64,000 nucleotides of DNA from the human T2T-CHM13v2.0 reference genome, Homo sapiens: NCBI RefSeq assembly GCF_009914755.1, contig NC_060944.1; one strand, written 5' to 3'. Both the position numbers and the translations under genes were made by a program. Numbering within the stretch: position 1 is the stretch's first letter; each line of letters opens with the position of its first letter. Of the stretch, positions 39,377 to 53,827 are shown in pieces. The notes beneath the pieces were generated by a model. That model was not told the origin of the DNA, did no database searches, and worked only from the letters and a program-made list of their open reading frames with translations.

Positions 39377-40193
39377 GGGTTTCAACCCCTCTCCAAGCTC
39401 ACCTGGTGCTGAAAACCTCCATCTCACAGCATAAACATCTGTAAGAAAGCAACCAAAAGATGCCTGCATGGAGACTGCGTGAGTCCAAGTTCCAATTGAA
39501 TTCATTTTCTGACAGCTGAGAAAGGTGTGAGACCTGGGGAGGAAAAGTCCGCTATCTCCAGCTATCTGAGTTCCAGTGAGGCTGTTCCTGGGTCAGAAAA
39601 TATCTTCATAGAAGTACAGAGTATCTCAGTGACCCATCTGTTTATATGAGAATGAGGACTCTGGTTTAGTCATTAGATCAATTTCTGGACTGAGAGTCCA
39701 AAGAGAGGGTCACTGGATTTACTTCCTCTGTGTCTTTGTTTCCCATCTGTAAAATGGATCTATGAAAATTCAATGAATCAATTAATTCATTCCTTGAATA
39801 TTTTATCTCCAGTCACTGGAGATTTAAAATAATGAGTTAAGACATGTTCCTGCCCTCAAGGAGCAGGGAATCTTTAGAAAGCAGGGCCTGAGGCAAGGAT
39901 TAAGCTACTGATGATTTATGGGGGGGGTGCAAGCCCAGGGCAGTGGAGGTGAAAGAAAAGGGAGGCGAGGTGGGGAGGGAAGGTGTAGCCTGGGGTCATG
40001 TAAGTGGCAGTGGCTGTAGACTTTTCCTCCCCAGACCTCACAGCTTTCTCGGCTGTCAGAAAATAAATTCAACTGGAACTTGGACTCATGCGGTCTCCAT
40101 GCAGGCATCTTTTGGTTGCTTTGTTGCAGATGCTTATGCTGTGAGACACGGAGGTTTTCAGCACCAAGTGAGCTTGCAGAGGGGTTGAAACCC
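39377..40193. repeat. Inverted repeat: arms 39377-39549 and 40019-40193, 469-bp spacer
   Basis: Manual alignment of arm 1 to the reverse complement of arm 2: 14 substitutions plus one 2-nt indel (~91% identity). Confidence 0.97.
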
Positions 40194-41640
40194 ACTGGGG
40201 GCCCCAGCCATGTGTTCACCTGGCACATGGGCTTCCATGGAAAGCTGAAAGGGGGTGGGGGGCACACCTCAAAGGAATCCACAGGAGAGAGAATCAGAAG
40301 GAATTCTACGCCACTGGGAGTGTCTTCCCACGCTCTCCAGCTTGCCTCGTCCAGGCCCTCTGAGGCTGCTCAGGAAGCCAGAGGCCATGCCGTGCTCTGG
40401 TAGCTCCACTTGTGAAGGTGAGGACTTGGGTGGCGCAGCAGGTGCTGTCCAAGAAAGGGAAGGAAGGAACACCTGGGGAGCCTGTGAAGGTGAAGAAGTT
40501 TGTGCCTTGATACGAGCAGACACGCCAGTGAAGAGGCAGGGGCACAAGTCAAGAGGGACCACAAGCATTGCTAAGAGAGCATGGAGGCATCTCACGTGGT
40601 TTGTGGGGCACGGACGGACCATCTTCCAGGATGAAGGAGCGTGCATCTCACACCCAGCAGATGAACCAAATTTGGCCAGAGGAGGAAAGGGATGGGGAGA
40701 GTGCTCCAGGCTGCAGCCACAGCTAGGCCAAGACTGGGAGGCAGAAGAGAGCCAGGGAGTGTGGGAAGGCTGAGCTCAGCATGGCTGGAGAGAACAGGAG
40801 GGGTCTGGGGTGAGCTGGAGCAGGGGGGTGCAAGAGCCCAGACATGCAGGGCCTTGCCAGCATGGAGAGGAGATTGGACTGAGTTCTCAGGGCAGTGAGG
40901 GGCTCCCCTCCAAGCACCCAGGCCGGCTCACGGCTCTCAAGGTGGCAATCTGCTTCTTTCTTTTTCTTTTTCTCACTTTCTTCCCTCTCTCCTTCCTTCT
41001 GGGCTGGAGCTCAGGGAAATTTTAGAGCCAGCCACTAGCGAGCCACTCTCTCCAGTCACTAGGGGTGAGAAAGTCCCGTCTTCCCTGCTACAGTCGTAAC
41101 GCATCACCCTCACACCTTGCTGACCATAGGGGACATCGGCTCTGTGCCGGGAGCTGGCAGTCTTGCCTGCTGCTGACACAGTATCAGAGCAAGAAAGGAA
41201 AACAGGGTGGTGCCCAAGGATGGCTGGCTCTACTGTCCTTGCTGGGGCCCCTCTGGTCATCTCGCTGGCTAAGGAAAACCCCTGAGGTGAGGCTGAGTCA
41301 CCCTGTGGGAGGAGGACCTGGGGAGTGGGTTGTGTCTTTTCCTGCCATACTCTCCCAGGTTGGTGTCAGTTAAGCACAGCTCCACTTGACAGTGACTGGT
41401 TCAAGCTGGCCATGTGAATTGTCCCCTGGGGCCATGGCCTGGTTGACCATAGGCTGGACCCATGACTCTGATCTAGCCAGTCAGAGTGGCCCACTCCTCA
41501 GGCCCCAGTGATTGGCTCAGGCATGAGCATGTGACCCAAACTGGACCAATCAGAAGTCAAAGATAAGGCTCTAAGATGTTGTGTAAGTGAATGAATCAAT
41601 AAGGAGGCCCTCGCTGGTCCAAACTAGCTCAGTCTCCAGG

Positions 41641-42146
41641 TGTGACAGGCAGAAGAATGGCCTCCCAAAGTCCTAATCTCTGCAGACTGTGATGTCACCT
41701 CACATAGCAAAAAGGACTTTGCAGACATGAATAAGTGATGGATCCTGAGATGGGAAAATTATCTTGGATTATCTGGGTAGGTCCAATGTAATCACAAGAG
41801 TTCTTAGAAGAGAAAAGGAGGAGGGTTCAAGAGAGAGAAGGAGCGGGGAGAGAGAGAGGGAGGGACGATGGTGGAAGCAGAGGTTGGAGTGATGCAGTTG
41901 CTGGCTTTGAAGATGGAGGAAGGAACCACAAGGCAAGGAATGCCACGGCCTCTAGAAGCTGGAAATGGCAAGGGCATGGATGGTCCCCTAGAGCTGCCAG
42001 AAGGAAGGCAGCCTGATTTTCTCCTTGATTTTGGTCCAGTAAGACCCATTTCTGACTTCTGACCTCCAGAACTGTAAAATAATACATGTGCATTGTTGTA
42101 AGCCATGGATTTAAGCCGCGGTAACTTGTTGGAGCAGAGAAAGGAA
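41641..42146 (+). mobile_element. MLT1D LTR, preceded by an older MLT1 fragment (~41350-41580)
   Basis: tgtgacaggcagaagaatggcctcccaaag...gcaaaaaggactttgcaga...gacttctgacctccagaactgtaa. Confidence 0.9.
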
Positions 42147-42569
42147 CCAAGTGCACAGGGTACATCAGCTCTTGCTGTCAGGAGCTCCTTCATTTCAGAA
42201 TAACATCATCTTCTCATCCGAGACCTGGGGATTAGTATTGCTTGCAGGGATATGGGGCTTGATGCCTTCTGGGCTGCTCCCTGGTTTTTGGGTTCCCCTG
42301 CAGTCAGGTGTCTATACTGCCTGATTCTCCAGTGCCAGGTTACTCTCCCACAGCCACAGAGGTCCTTGTGCCATACTCTTTCTCATTCTCTAAATACCCA
42401 ATGGCTACTGTTGCATTAGGCTTGGGTTTCCTGTCCACAGTGTTTGAAGCTTCTCCAGGCTGGGAATCAGCCATTATTCTGACTGTACTGTCTGTGGGAT
42501 CTCTCTTTTCTGACAGATGGCAGTGACATGGTCATGGCCCTCCTCCCTGCTTCCTTCTCCCTGTGCCCC

Positions 42570-43060
42570 ACACATAAAGTGCATCTTGGTGAAATTTACA
42601 TGGGCACACACGTGTGTAGCCTCCTCCTAGATCAAACACTGACCATCCCCAGCTCCCCAGCACGTTTCTGCATTCTCCCTTGGAGCTGACAGGTGCCCCC
42701 TATATATTGACTTCCATCCCCATTGCTCAGTTTGGCCTGATCTTGATCCTCATGTAAATAGAATTCTTCCATATGTGTTCTTTTGTTCTGGCTTCTCTCA
42801 CCTGGAGATTCATCCATGCAGTTGTGTGTATCAGTAGTTCACTCACCTCATTGCTGAGTGATGTCCTTTTGTTTGGCTGTATCACAGCTTGTTTATCCAT
42901 TCTCCTGTTGATGCACATTTGGGTCGTTTCCAATTTTTGGCTGTTACAAATAAAGCTGCTCTGAATATTTGTGTACAGCTCTTTGCCTGGACAGATGCCC
43001 TCACTGCTATCATGGAAATCCTAGGAGTGGAATTGCTGGGACATAGGGTATGTATATGCG
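42570..43060 (-). mobile_element. Old L1 (L1MC/ME-like) 3' fragment
   Basis: gagattcatccatgcagttgtgtgtatcagtagttc...ccattctcctgttgatgcacatttggg...cctaggagtggaattgctgg. Confidence 0.85.
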
Positions 43061-43107
43061 TGGTCTGAGTCCTTTCTCTGATTAATCTCTTACTGCTTGG
43101 ATTTCAA

Positions 43108-43861
<754 letters not shown>

Positions 43862-43869
43862 TACAATTT

Positions 43870-44700
43870 TCTTCAGAAGATCTCTGCTCAGGGAGGCTTC
43901 TTCATGGGCTGAACTCCCTGAGTTTTCTCACGTGTGGGAGCATCTCCCCGCTGTCTTGACAGGACACAGTGTCTACAGTGGCACTCACAGTCCCTCCAGC
44001 TTTATGGAAGTTGTTTTGTTGTTTTCTGGCTTTAGATATTGCTGTAGAAAATCTGGGTCCAGCCTGATATTCCCTGCTTTTCAAAGATTTGTGTTCCTGC
44101 CTGAATGTTTGAGAAGTCTTTCTCTATCTTTGAAATTCAATAATTCAATTAGGATATGTCTCAATGCAGAACATTTTTAACAAAATTTTCATGGAACACA
44201 ACGTGTATTTGTTTTTCTAAACTGTAAGGTTTCAGAGGTTTGTCTTTATTTCAGGAAAATTTTCCTGCTTCATATTTTTGAATATATTGTCTTTGTTGGG
44301 CTTTTCCCTTCAGGGATGCTCAAAAGCCCTGCTACTGCTTCCCCTGCAGTGGCATCCATGCCTGAAAGCTCTGCTCAGTTTTCTCTTTTTTTTTTTTTTT
44401 TTTTTTTTGCTTTTTTCATGTTTACTCATTTTATCCCAAGCCCATTCTCCATGTCAATATTTTGACTTCTACTTGTATCTGATCTGCTTTCTGTCATTTA
44501 AAATTTATTTCTTAGGTATATAATGATGTCATTTTTGTTATTAATCTGTTTCTTTAGGTCAGTTTATATCCTAAATAGGATTTTCTGTTTTTATCATTTT
44601 GTCTTTGAGCTCTCATTTTATTGAATGTATAATTTTTATTAAGTTTTCTATAAGGCTAAGCAATTAGGAGATATTGTCTTCTGTTTCTGGAGATAGTTTT
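43870..44700 (-). mobile_element. Very old L1/HAL1 ORF1-region fragment
   Basis: ttctggctttagatattgctgtagaaaatctg...cagcctgat; tttctctatctttgaaattcaataatt. Confidence 0.55.
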
Positions 44701-44872
44701 CTTCTTGGTTGTGCTCTTTTTGAAGTATTTCTTCTTTCTCTCCTTCCTTTATTCCCTCTCTGCCTTCCTTCCTCATTTCCTTTCTCCCTCCCTCCTTTCC
44801 TTCCTCCCTCCCTTCCTTTCTTCTTCTCTTTCTCTTTTTTCTTCTACTATGTGTGTTTGCTTTGTTCCCATC

Positions 44873-45238
44873 TGTTATGGGTTGAACTAGGCTCCCCCTC
44901 CAAAATCATACGTTGAAGTGCTAACCCTCAGTACTTCAGAATGTGACAGTATTTGGAGGCATAGCCTTAAAGAGGTGATTAAGTTAAAATAAGACTGAGT
45001 GGGTCCCAATCCTATCTGACTAGTATCCTTATAAGAAGAGGAAATTTGGACTCACAAAGAGGCACTAGGGATGTGTATACAGAGAGAAGACCATGTGAAG
45101 ACACAGCAAGAAGGTGGCTGCCTGCAAGTCCTTAGAAGACACCAAAACTTGCCAACACCGCCATCTTGGACTTCCAACCTCCAGAACTGTGTAAGCCACC
45201 CCATTGGTGGCATTTTGCTATGTCAGCCCTAGAAAACC
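44873..45238 (+). mobile_element. MLT1B/A0-like LTR
   Basis: tgttatgggttgaact...gttgaagtgctaaccctcagtacttcagaatgtgacagtatttgga. Confidence 0.9.
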
Positions 45239-45587
45239 ATTGCATTTTTTTCATTGATCTTGGCCTTAAGCAGCTCATCCAAAATCTTCTCTTGTTTCCC
45301 CTGTGCTGTGTCTGAGACCACGGAATTTCCTGCTTGGCACTGGGCATTGAGATCTGAGTGTTTCATATTCTACCACTTACTTGGAAGCCCAGGAATGGTT
45401 GCAACATCAGGAGAGTTTAGGGAAGAACATGTGTGGCCACGTGGTTGCCTGGGCTTTGCTGTCTTCCTATGCCAGGCTGTCCTCCCTTCTGGTTGGGTGT
45501 ATGTGGGTGCATATACAAGAGTGACCCTCGGATCAAGGCTATTTTCTGGATTAACCTGCGGTCCTGAAGCATTTACTGCAGTTAGAG

Positions 45588-45917
45588 CAGGGGTCCCTGA
45601 TCCCCCAGCCACGGTTCGTGGCCTGTTAGGAATTTGGCTGCACAGCAGGAGCTGAGTGGCAGGTGAGTGAGCACGACCGTCTGAGCTCCCCCTCCTGTCA
45701 GATCAGCAACGGCATTAGATTTTCATAGGAGCACAAACCCGATTGTGAATTGCGCGTGAGAGGGTCTAGGTTGCACGCTCCTTATGGGAATCTAATGCCT
45801 GATGATCTGAGGTGGATCAGCTTCATCCCCAAACCTTCCCTCACCCCCGCCCAGTCCCGTGGAAAAATTGTCTTCCATAAAACCAGTCCCTGGTGCCAAA
45901 AAGGTTGAGGACCAATG
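45588..45917 (+). mobile_element. MER1B (hAT-Charlie)
   Basis: caggggtccc...gtggcctgttaggaa...ccctggtgccaaaaaggttgaggacc; perfect 8-bp TSD agttagag (45580-45587 / 45918-45925). Confidence 0.95.
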
Positions 45918-46279
45918 AGTTAGAGGATCAGCCCTCCTGTTTGCCCAGCCCTGGTTCCTCCCAGGCCTTGGTCAGAAAAGGTAATAAGAAAACCCATTCA
46001 AGTGGCTTTCCTCAGGTCTTCTCCAGACTTTGTCAGCTCCCAGCGCCAGTTCCTGGGAGTTGGGCTGTCTGGGTTAGGAAGCCAGAAGGGTCAGGAGGTC
46101 AGCAGGATTAGGAAGCCAGCGTGCCGTGCCCTGAGTTTTCCGATTCTTCTCTTGGCTGTCAGTTATTTAAGTTTGATCCTGTACATGCTTGGGTGATGCT
46201 GTTGGCTGTTTTCTTTCTTTGATGATTGCTGCTACTTTTTGCCCATGATGTCAAGCACGGGGGGAAAGGAATTCTGTGA

Positions 46280-46684
<405 letters not shown>

Positions 46685-47009
46685 TAACAAGTGCCTGTAA
46701 ATCCAGGCAGCTCAGTCATTCTGGTACCACATGTATGATCTCAGTAACCAGCTCCCTACCCTCTCCTGTTGAGTAATGGCACCAGTCAGGGGCTCCCGTT
46801 ATCCCAGTCTGTAGAGGAGTTACCTGAGGATCAGAGAGGAAAAGCACCCAGATGTCCCCTGTGGTGAGCCTTGTAGCCAGGACGCCTCCCCAGGCCTCAG
46901 AATCTGCAACTCCAAACTCCCACAGGGGCCTGGGAGAGGAAGGAAAAAAGGGGAGAAAGAATTGAGGGAAGACAGGAAGGAAGGAGGGAGGGAGGGAGAG
47001 AGGGAGGCC

Positions 47010-47380
47010 TTGGTCCATTTCGAACTGTTATACCAAACTTATCACAGACTGAGTGGCTTAAACAACAAACTTATTTCTCATGGTTCTGGAGGCTGAGAGC
47101 CCAAGACCAAGATGCTGGTAGAGTTGGGGCATGGCGAGGACCCACTTCCTGCTCCAATGTTCCCTGAATCTGAAACTGGCAGAGCTCAGGGTTTGAAGTC
47201 TGCAGACTTGGGTTCAATACCCAGCAATGGTCGGGGAGGAGGACTGTAAGGTGAATTACACGACCCTGAGTCTCAGTTTTCTCATCTGAACAATGGGCTC
47301 CTCAGCATCCACATCACAGAATTGGGGTATGGGGCTGGAATGTGAAGTGGCTCTGTGAGCTGGGAAATGTTCTGCAGATG
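47010..47380. mobile_element. MLT1A/MST-like LTR fragment followed by MIR
   Basis: cagactgagtggcttaaacaacaaacttatttctcatggttctggaggctg; ctgagtctcagttttctcatctg. Confidence 0.75.
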
Positions 47381-47744
47381 TAGACTATTTTAGGACCAAT
47401 GTTTCCCATAACATGTTAGGAAAGAAGACATTCTGGCCCAGGCCTGAGAGACAACACTTTCTCCTGAGGGACAAGACAGTCAGAGAGGTCATTTAGAGAG
47501 CAGGGAGGCAGGTCCAGAGGGCTCAAGAGGAAACCCCAGGGGGACCCTGACTTCTGCTTCTGGGAAGAGACTCCCAGGAATTCTCTCTTCTTCTTTCCTC
47601 TGCCTCCCTCATGGCTGGCCTCAGCACTGGGATGACAGCAGCAAGCCTCTGGGTGGGGGCTGGGGTGGCCCCTGGTCATTGTCTCTGGGATTCCTGTCCC
47701 CTGGATGGGATAGCTGTAGCAATGGTGACTTCCCAATTCTCCAC

Positions 47745-47830
47745 AAATATATGAGTGCATACATGTATACACTTTTTGTTTTAGTTATATATACATATAT
47801 ATATACATATATATAATATATATATAATAA
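47745..47830. repeat. (TA)n-rich tract
   Basis: tatatacatatatatatacatatatataatatatatata. Confidence 0.9.
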
Positions 47831-48819
47831 TTTTTTCTCTGTTCTTTTAAAATGTACTGTTTTTTGTCTCTTTTTGTAACAGTAGCTTAATCTGTTTAAG
47901 AGATGTAGAGCCTCTGTGGTATTGTGTATCATAATCCAACCAAGTCCCTTTGCGGGGGCATGTGTTATTTAAAACAATCTTGCGATGAACATCCTTGCAC
48001 GCTTTTCTTCCTACACCCTGGAATGGTGCCACATTGGTTAGGAAGGCATTCCCCTGTAGACTGAATAATACCTGACCTAAAATGACCCAGGCAATGAGGA
48101 GTTATTTTTCCCACATGGAGAGAAGTTCAAAAGTAAGCAGCTGAGTTGATTCAGCAATTCAACAGAGTCAAGGATGATTTCTCTGCTTCTCTTGCTCTTT
48201 ACAATACGGACACAAGATAGCCACTATAGCTCATCCATCACATCTGCATTGAAGACTGGAAGAAGAAAGGAGGGTAGAATTCTGAGTCAGCCACATCTGT
48301 CCTACAAGCCCAAGCCAACAAACTGGGTTACATGGCTGACTCTAGCTGCAAGGAAGGCGGGAGATGGCAAAAAAGAAAAGAGATGGAAATGAACTTGGGG
48401 TAGCCTTCAAATAAAGAACCCATAGCTTAACCTTATTGATACAGACCTATGCCCTTGTGTAGCTTACAGTCTTATGGGGAAGAGAGATGTTAATCAATGC
48501 AGCACACTAATGGGTGTATAATGACAAACTGAGGTCGAGGTTCTGCAGCAAACTTTACATTCTACATCCTTAGAATCTTTACTTTAATGCCACCATTCTT
48601 GGTGCTCCTACACCCCAGGGCCTGTGCCAGCCCTTCCCATACATGATCTTCCTAAATCTGCAGAGTCTCTGTAAACAGATATAAGTATCCCCACTCTTCA
48701 GGTTGGGAAATTGTGGACTAAGTCACATTCCATTGGTCCCCAGTTGGGAAGTATCCCAGGTGGGATTCACACCCAGGTCTGGTTGGCACCAAGATTGTAG
48801 TTTTGTTGACAGGTCTTCC

Positions 48820-51330
48820 TAGGAGTCAGCTGACTTGATTAATGTTTTCAAAGAATCAAGTTTTCACTTTGTTGCTTTCTTTATTGTGTATCTATTTTCT
48901 ATTTTGTTTTCTCCCCTTATCTTTATTAGTTCCATTCTTCTACTTGCATTGAGTTTAATTTGCTCTCTTTTCATAGCTTCTTAAGACAGAAGTTTAGAGT
49001 ATTGATTTTATACCTTTGCTCTTTCTGAATGTATGAATTTAAATCTCTAAGTCTCCCTCTAAGTTTTTTGCTTTAGCTTGTCCCACAGATTTTGATGTGT
49101 TTTATTTTCATTACATTTATTTCAAAACATTTAAAAATATTCTTTGTGATTTCTTCCATGATCCAGTTATTTAGAAATGTATGGCTTAATATTCAAAATA
49201 TTTGGGAATAGTTATATTTTTGTAATTAATTTCTAGTTAAATTCCACTGTAGTCAGAGAACGTTGTCTGTACGATTCCAGTCCTTTGAAATATATTGAGA
49301 CTCACTCTATGGTTCAGCATATGATATATTGTAGTGGATGTTTCATGTCACTTGAAAAGAATATATTCTGTGGTTATGGGGTGGGATGTTCCAAAAACGT
49401 CAATTGGCCAAGTCGATTAATAATGTTGTTCAAATCTTCTATAGCCGTACTAATTTTTCTATCCATCACTGCTTTCTAAAAATCAATTATTCACAGGGCT
49501 GTGTTTTAAGTGCTCAGCTGTGATTGTGGATTGGTCTATTTCTCATTTTAATTCTGTCAGATTTTGCTTCAATATCTTGAACCTCTGTTATTAGATGTAT
49601 TCACCTTTAGCATTGTTATATCTTCTCGATGCATTCACCTTTTTGTCACTATGAGGAGTCTCTCTTTATTTCAGGTAATACTCTAGTTTCTTTTATGATT
49701 GGTGTTTGCATCATGTATCTTTCCCCATCATCTTTCATTCAGTTCATCTGTGTCCTTAAAGAGTGACTATCAAAGTGACGCTTGTAAACAGCAAGTAGTC
49801 AGGTACTGTTTATTTTTATCTAGTCTGATAATTGGTGCCTTTTATATGAAGTGTTTGGCTCATTTACATTTAATATCATTATTGATATGGGTGGGTTTTA
49901 GTGTAGCATGTTGTGATTTGTTTTGTATTTGTCTCTAATATTTTTGTTCCTTTGCTCCTCTTTCCCTGCCTTTTTTTGGATTGAGTATTTCTTAGTATTT
50001 TTTTAATCTCCTCTATTGTAACACTTTTCTGTGGTTCTCTAAATTTCAGTGTGCATTCATAGCTTGTCCCAGTCCACATTAAATAAATATTATGCAATTT
50101 CATCTACAAAATTGGAACCTAAAAACAACACATACTAGTTTTCTATTGTTACATAACAAATGACCACAAATGTAATGGCTTTAAACAACAACTATTTATT
50201 ACCCACCATTTTGTTTCTATGGGTCAGAAGTCCCAGCAGGGCCTCACTGGGTCCTGTGTCAAGGTCCTCAGGGTCTCACAAGACTGCAAGTGAGGAGTCA
50301 GCTGGTGGTGTCGTTTTATCCAAGTCTTAGGGTCTTCTTTCCAAGCTCGCATGATTGTTGACAGAATTCATTTCTTCGGGACTAGATAACTAAGACTCTC
50401 CCCATCCCCACCTCCCAGGCCACTCCTTTGCATAGGCAGTCAAAAACATCACTGTTCACTTGTTCAAAGATAGCAAGAATGTCTCTTTTAAAAACTTGCC
50501 CGATGAGGTTGAGCTCACCCAGGAATATTTCTCTTTTGATTAAACTCAAAGTCAAAGTGATTAGAAACTTCAATCACATCTATAAAAATCTCTTTCTGGT
50601 TGACGTATAGTGTGATCTAATCCTGGGAGTAACATCCCATCCTATTCCCAGGTCTCACCCACACTCAGGGGGAGGGGATTGCACCGGACGTGGATAATTT
50701 CAGTATAATTTCATTAACCACTTAGTTTTTTGTGCTATTTTTATCATACATTTTCCTTGTACATATGTTATAAATGTAGCAATACCTTGTTATCTTATTT
50801 GTTTTCAATAGTCAATAGTTTTTTAGAGAAAATTTAAAAAGACAGTCCCATATTTATCTATATATTTTATCCTTTCTGATTTTTAATTTGATTTTTTTCT
50901 GCCAGATCCAGGATTCCATCTTGCATCACTTCTATTAATCCTGAAGAACTTCCTTAGTATTTTTCATAGCCCACGTGTGCTGCTGATTAATTCTCTTAGC
51001 TTTTATTTATCAGAAAATGTCATTATTTCACCTTCAGTTTTGAAGGGTATTTTCACGGGGCAAAGCACTTTAAGTTGGCAATTTCTCTTTTCTTCAACTT
51101 TCTATAAATATTTTATTCCCTTAAATATCTTGGCTTCCATCATTCCTGATGAGTAGCCAGCCATTATACTTACTTCATTCTCCCGAAAGCAATGTATATA
51201 TTTTTTTGTTCTGGCTGCCTTTAAGATTTTGTATTTTTGCTTTTAAAAATTTTGATCATCATACAACTAGTTTTGCTTTTACTCACACTTATTCTGCTGG
51301 GGGTTTGCCCAGCTTCTTGACCTGTCTGTC
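48820..51330 (-). mobile_element. Old L1M (ORF2 endonuclease and ORF1 regions) interrupted by an MLT1E/F-like LTR (~50135-50690)
   Basis: atttctagttaaattccactgtagtcagagaa...; tcttagcttttatttatcagaaaatgtcattatttcacc; LTR ataacaaatgaccacaaa...tgggtcagaagtcc. Confidence 0.8.
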
Positions 51331-51956
51331 CTGCTGTTGCAGCTAGAAGAATTCCTTGTTTGTGGTAGAGACTCAATAAATGTTTTTTGAATAAAATAAA
51401 CAGATACTGTGAGAAGCAACTTATAGTCATAATTAACAGTGTGAACTCTGGAATCAGAGAGACCTGGATTTGAATTCTGTTTCTAGCAGTGTTATTTGGG
51501 ACAAGTTGCTTAGCCTCTGTGAGCCTTGATTTCCTCATCTGTGAAATGGGGATATAATAGCAACACCCACCTAATGCGGTTGCTAAGGACATTCACTGTG
51601 TACTGAGGACAGGGCCTTTTCACTCGGGGGCATCCCAAGCCTTCCTTCTCACCCACTGGAGAGGATTTTCCCTTTGCTCCTCAGGGTTGGCATCCCTCCA
51701 CACCTTCTGAGGAAATGTCCTTTATATTCACATTTGTAACTTTTATGGAAAGCCAAGGTAGTGAGCCACACAAAAGGAAACTAAAGCGCTGAGAGAAGCT
51801 ATCTAAATTTATGGGATAAATGAGATGGAAGAGGAAAGAGACAGAAAACTGAGCGGAATAGAGATTTCCGGGGGTTCATGAGCAGCAGGCTCTGAAGCCG
51901 CAGAGGAGAGAAAGGGGATTCTAGGGTGTTGTGATGTTGCTGTGGGTTATGAAATA

Positions 51957-52288
51957 CAATCATGTGTCACTTAACGGTGGGGATACATTCTAAGAAGTGT
52001 ATTGTTAGGCAATGCAGTCATTGTGGGAACATCATGGAGTGTATTTATACAAACCTAGATGGCACAGCCTTCTACATACCTAGGCTATGTGATATAACCT
52101 ATTGCTCATAGACTACAAACCTGTACAGCATGTGACTGTGTGGAATACTATAGGCAATGGTAACATAATTTTGAGTATTTGTGGTTCTAAACATAGAAAA
52201 GATATGGTAAAAATACAGTATAATCTTAGGGAACCACTGTCATATATGCAATCTGCCATCGACTAAAATGTTATGTGGCACATGACTG
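51957..52288 (+). mobile_element. Tigger3a (GOLEM_A/MER7A-like) MITE
   Basis: ta|caatcatgtgtcacttaacg ... gtggcacatgactg|ta; TA target duplication. Confidence 0.9.
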
Positions 52289-53255
52289 TAGATACTTGCA
52301 AAGTTCTTGAAGAGATTCAAATAAAGATGGAGATTTCAATTCAATTACTTATTACTGGGTATGCAGTTCTTTGAATTCAACTCCATGTAGAAGCTGGCCT
52401 GTTTGGAGCTCCAGAATTTATTTGGGTTATAAAAGAGAAGATGCAAAAATCTTAGAAAGTTCCTGACCCATAGTATGTGCTGTGATAATAATTATTATTA
52501 TTATCACTGCTCATCAGAGAACTCCATATGGAGGTAGAGCCTGTGCCAGGCCCCATGTCCTCTGCACACATTTATTGAGCACCTACTGCATACCAGTTTT
52601 CACTCAAGGACCTAGGGACACAGCAGTAAGCAAAGGGGCTAAAGGTCTTTCTTTAGAAGCTTGTCCTCTGTGAAGGGATCCAATGTGTGGCAAAACTCCA
52701 TGCCACCTTCAGATAGCTTTCCCTGGATACTGACATTTAAAAAAAAGCAACCCAAGAAGGCTTTGCTCAGCTTTGAGGGTGTGAGTCAAGTTTTGGGATT
52801 TCAGAGGAAGAAGTGGTTTTCTGGGTGGAACTCTGTGAAAACCTCTAAAGCAGTCACAGCTAGTTTGAGGCCTTGGTGCAGAAAAGGTGAGCCTGGCAGA
52901 GTGGGGAGTGACCCCTTCCGGAGGAGGGCACCCACCTCACCAGCATGCACATTTTTATTGCATGCCATGTAGGTTTAGCTTGTGGTTTGCAAACATAGCT
53001 GACTTAGTCAAAGAAGTTTAGGTTGTAAGTAACAGGAAATCACCTACGCCATTGAAGTGAGACAAGGTGAGTTTAAAAATAAGGTAACAAAAACCATAGG
53101 GTTGGAAGTTGAGCTGTTCCTTACAAATGTCTGTGACCAGTAAATATGTAAACCAGCCTGGGACAAGACAGTACCTCCATCTTTCTTTGTTCTGAGGGCT
53201 CACTGACCTTATCTCATCTTCTCTCCGTAAGTTGGCCTTAAATCTTCATCCTTTC

Positions 53256-53511
53256 ATCTATGTATCTATCTATTTATCTATCTATCCATCCATCCATCAT
53301 TCCATCCATCTATCCATCTATCATCTATCGAATCTATCTATCTATCATCTACCTATCTGTGTATCTATCTATCCATATTATTCCATCCATCTATTCATCC
53401 ATCCATCTATCCATCTATCATCTATATTTCCTATCTATCTGTCTATCTATCTATCTATCTATCACCTATCTGTCTGTCTATCCATCTGTCTATCCACCCA
53501 CCCATCTATTC
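53256..53511. repeat. Compound (TCTA)n/(TCCA)n microsatellite within an old MLT1 LTR
   Basis: atctatctatccatccatcc... over ~255 bp. Confidence 0.95.
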
Positions 53512-53827
53512 ATTCTCTCCAGACTTATTTCCACTTACTTGAAAAGCACAGAGTCAGATTTGGCTACCCTGCAGCTCACAGATTTCTATCTCTTCTGTTT
53601 ATACAACACAGGGATTGATTATCCCCTCTCAGTCCTAATTGCAAATGCTCACAGAAGAGACACCAGTTGTCCCAGTTTGAACCCAGTGTCCATCCTTGGT
53701 TCAGCCATCTGTACCAAAGGCAGTCAGCTCTTATCATATAAGGAGATGCCGAGGCTCACCAGTGTGGGTGAGGGGTGGACACACACCTGAGAACAGTCCT
53801 TTAACAGAATGCAGCTCTTCAGAAAAC

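Noticed and set aside
39377-40193. Pack-MULE or foldback transposon with long TIRs
   Set aside because: No target-site duplication outside the arms. The repeated tgaaaccca is a by-product of the border palindrome and overlaps arm 2.
53232-53790. SIYL/IHPS-repeat ORFs, and the LLSSP/ERRGE ORFs at 61076-61472
   Set aside because: Translations of microsatellites.
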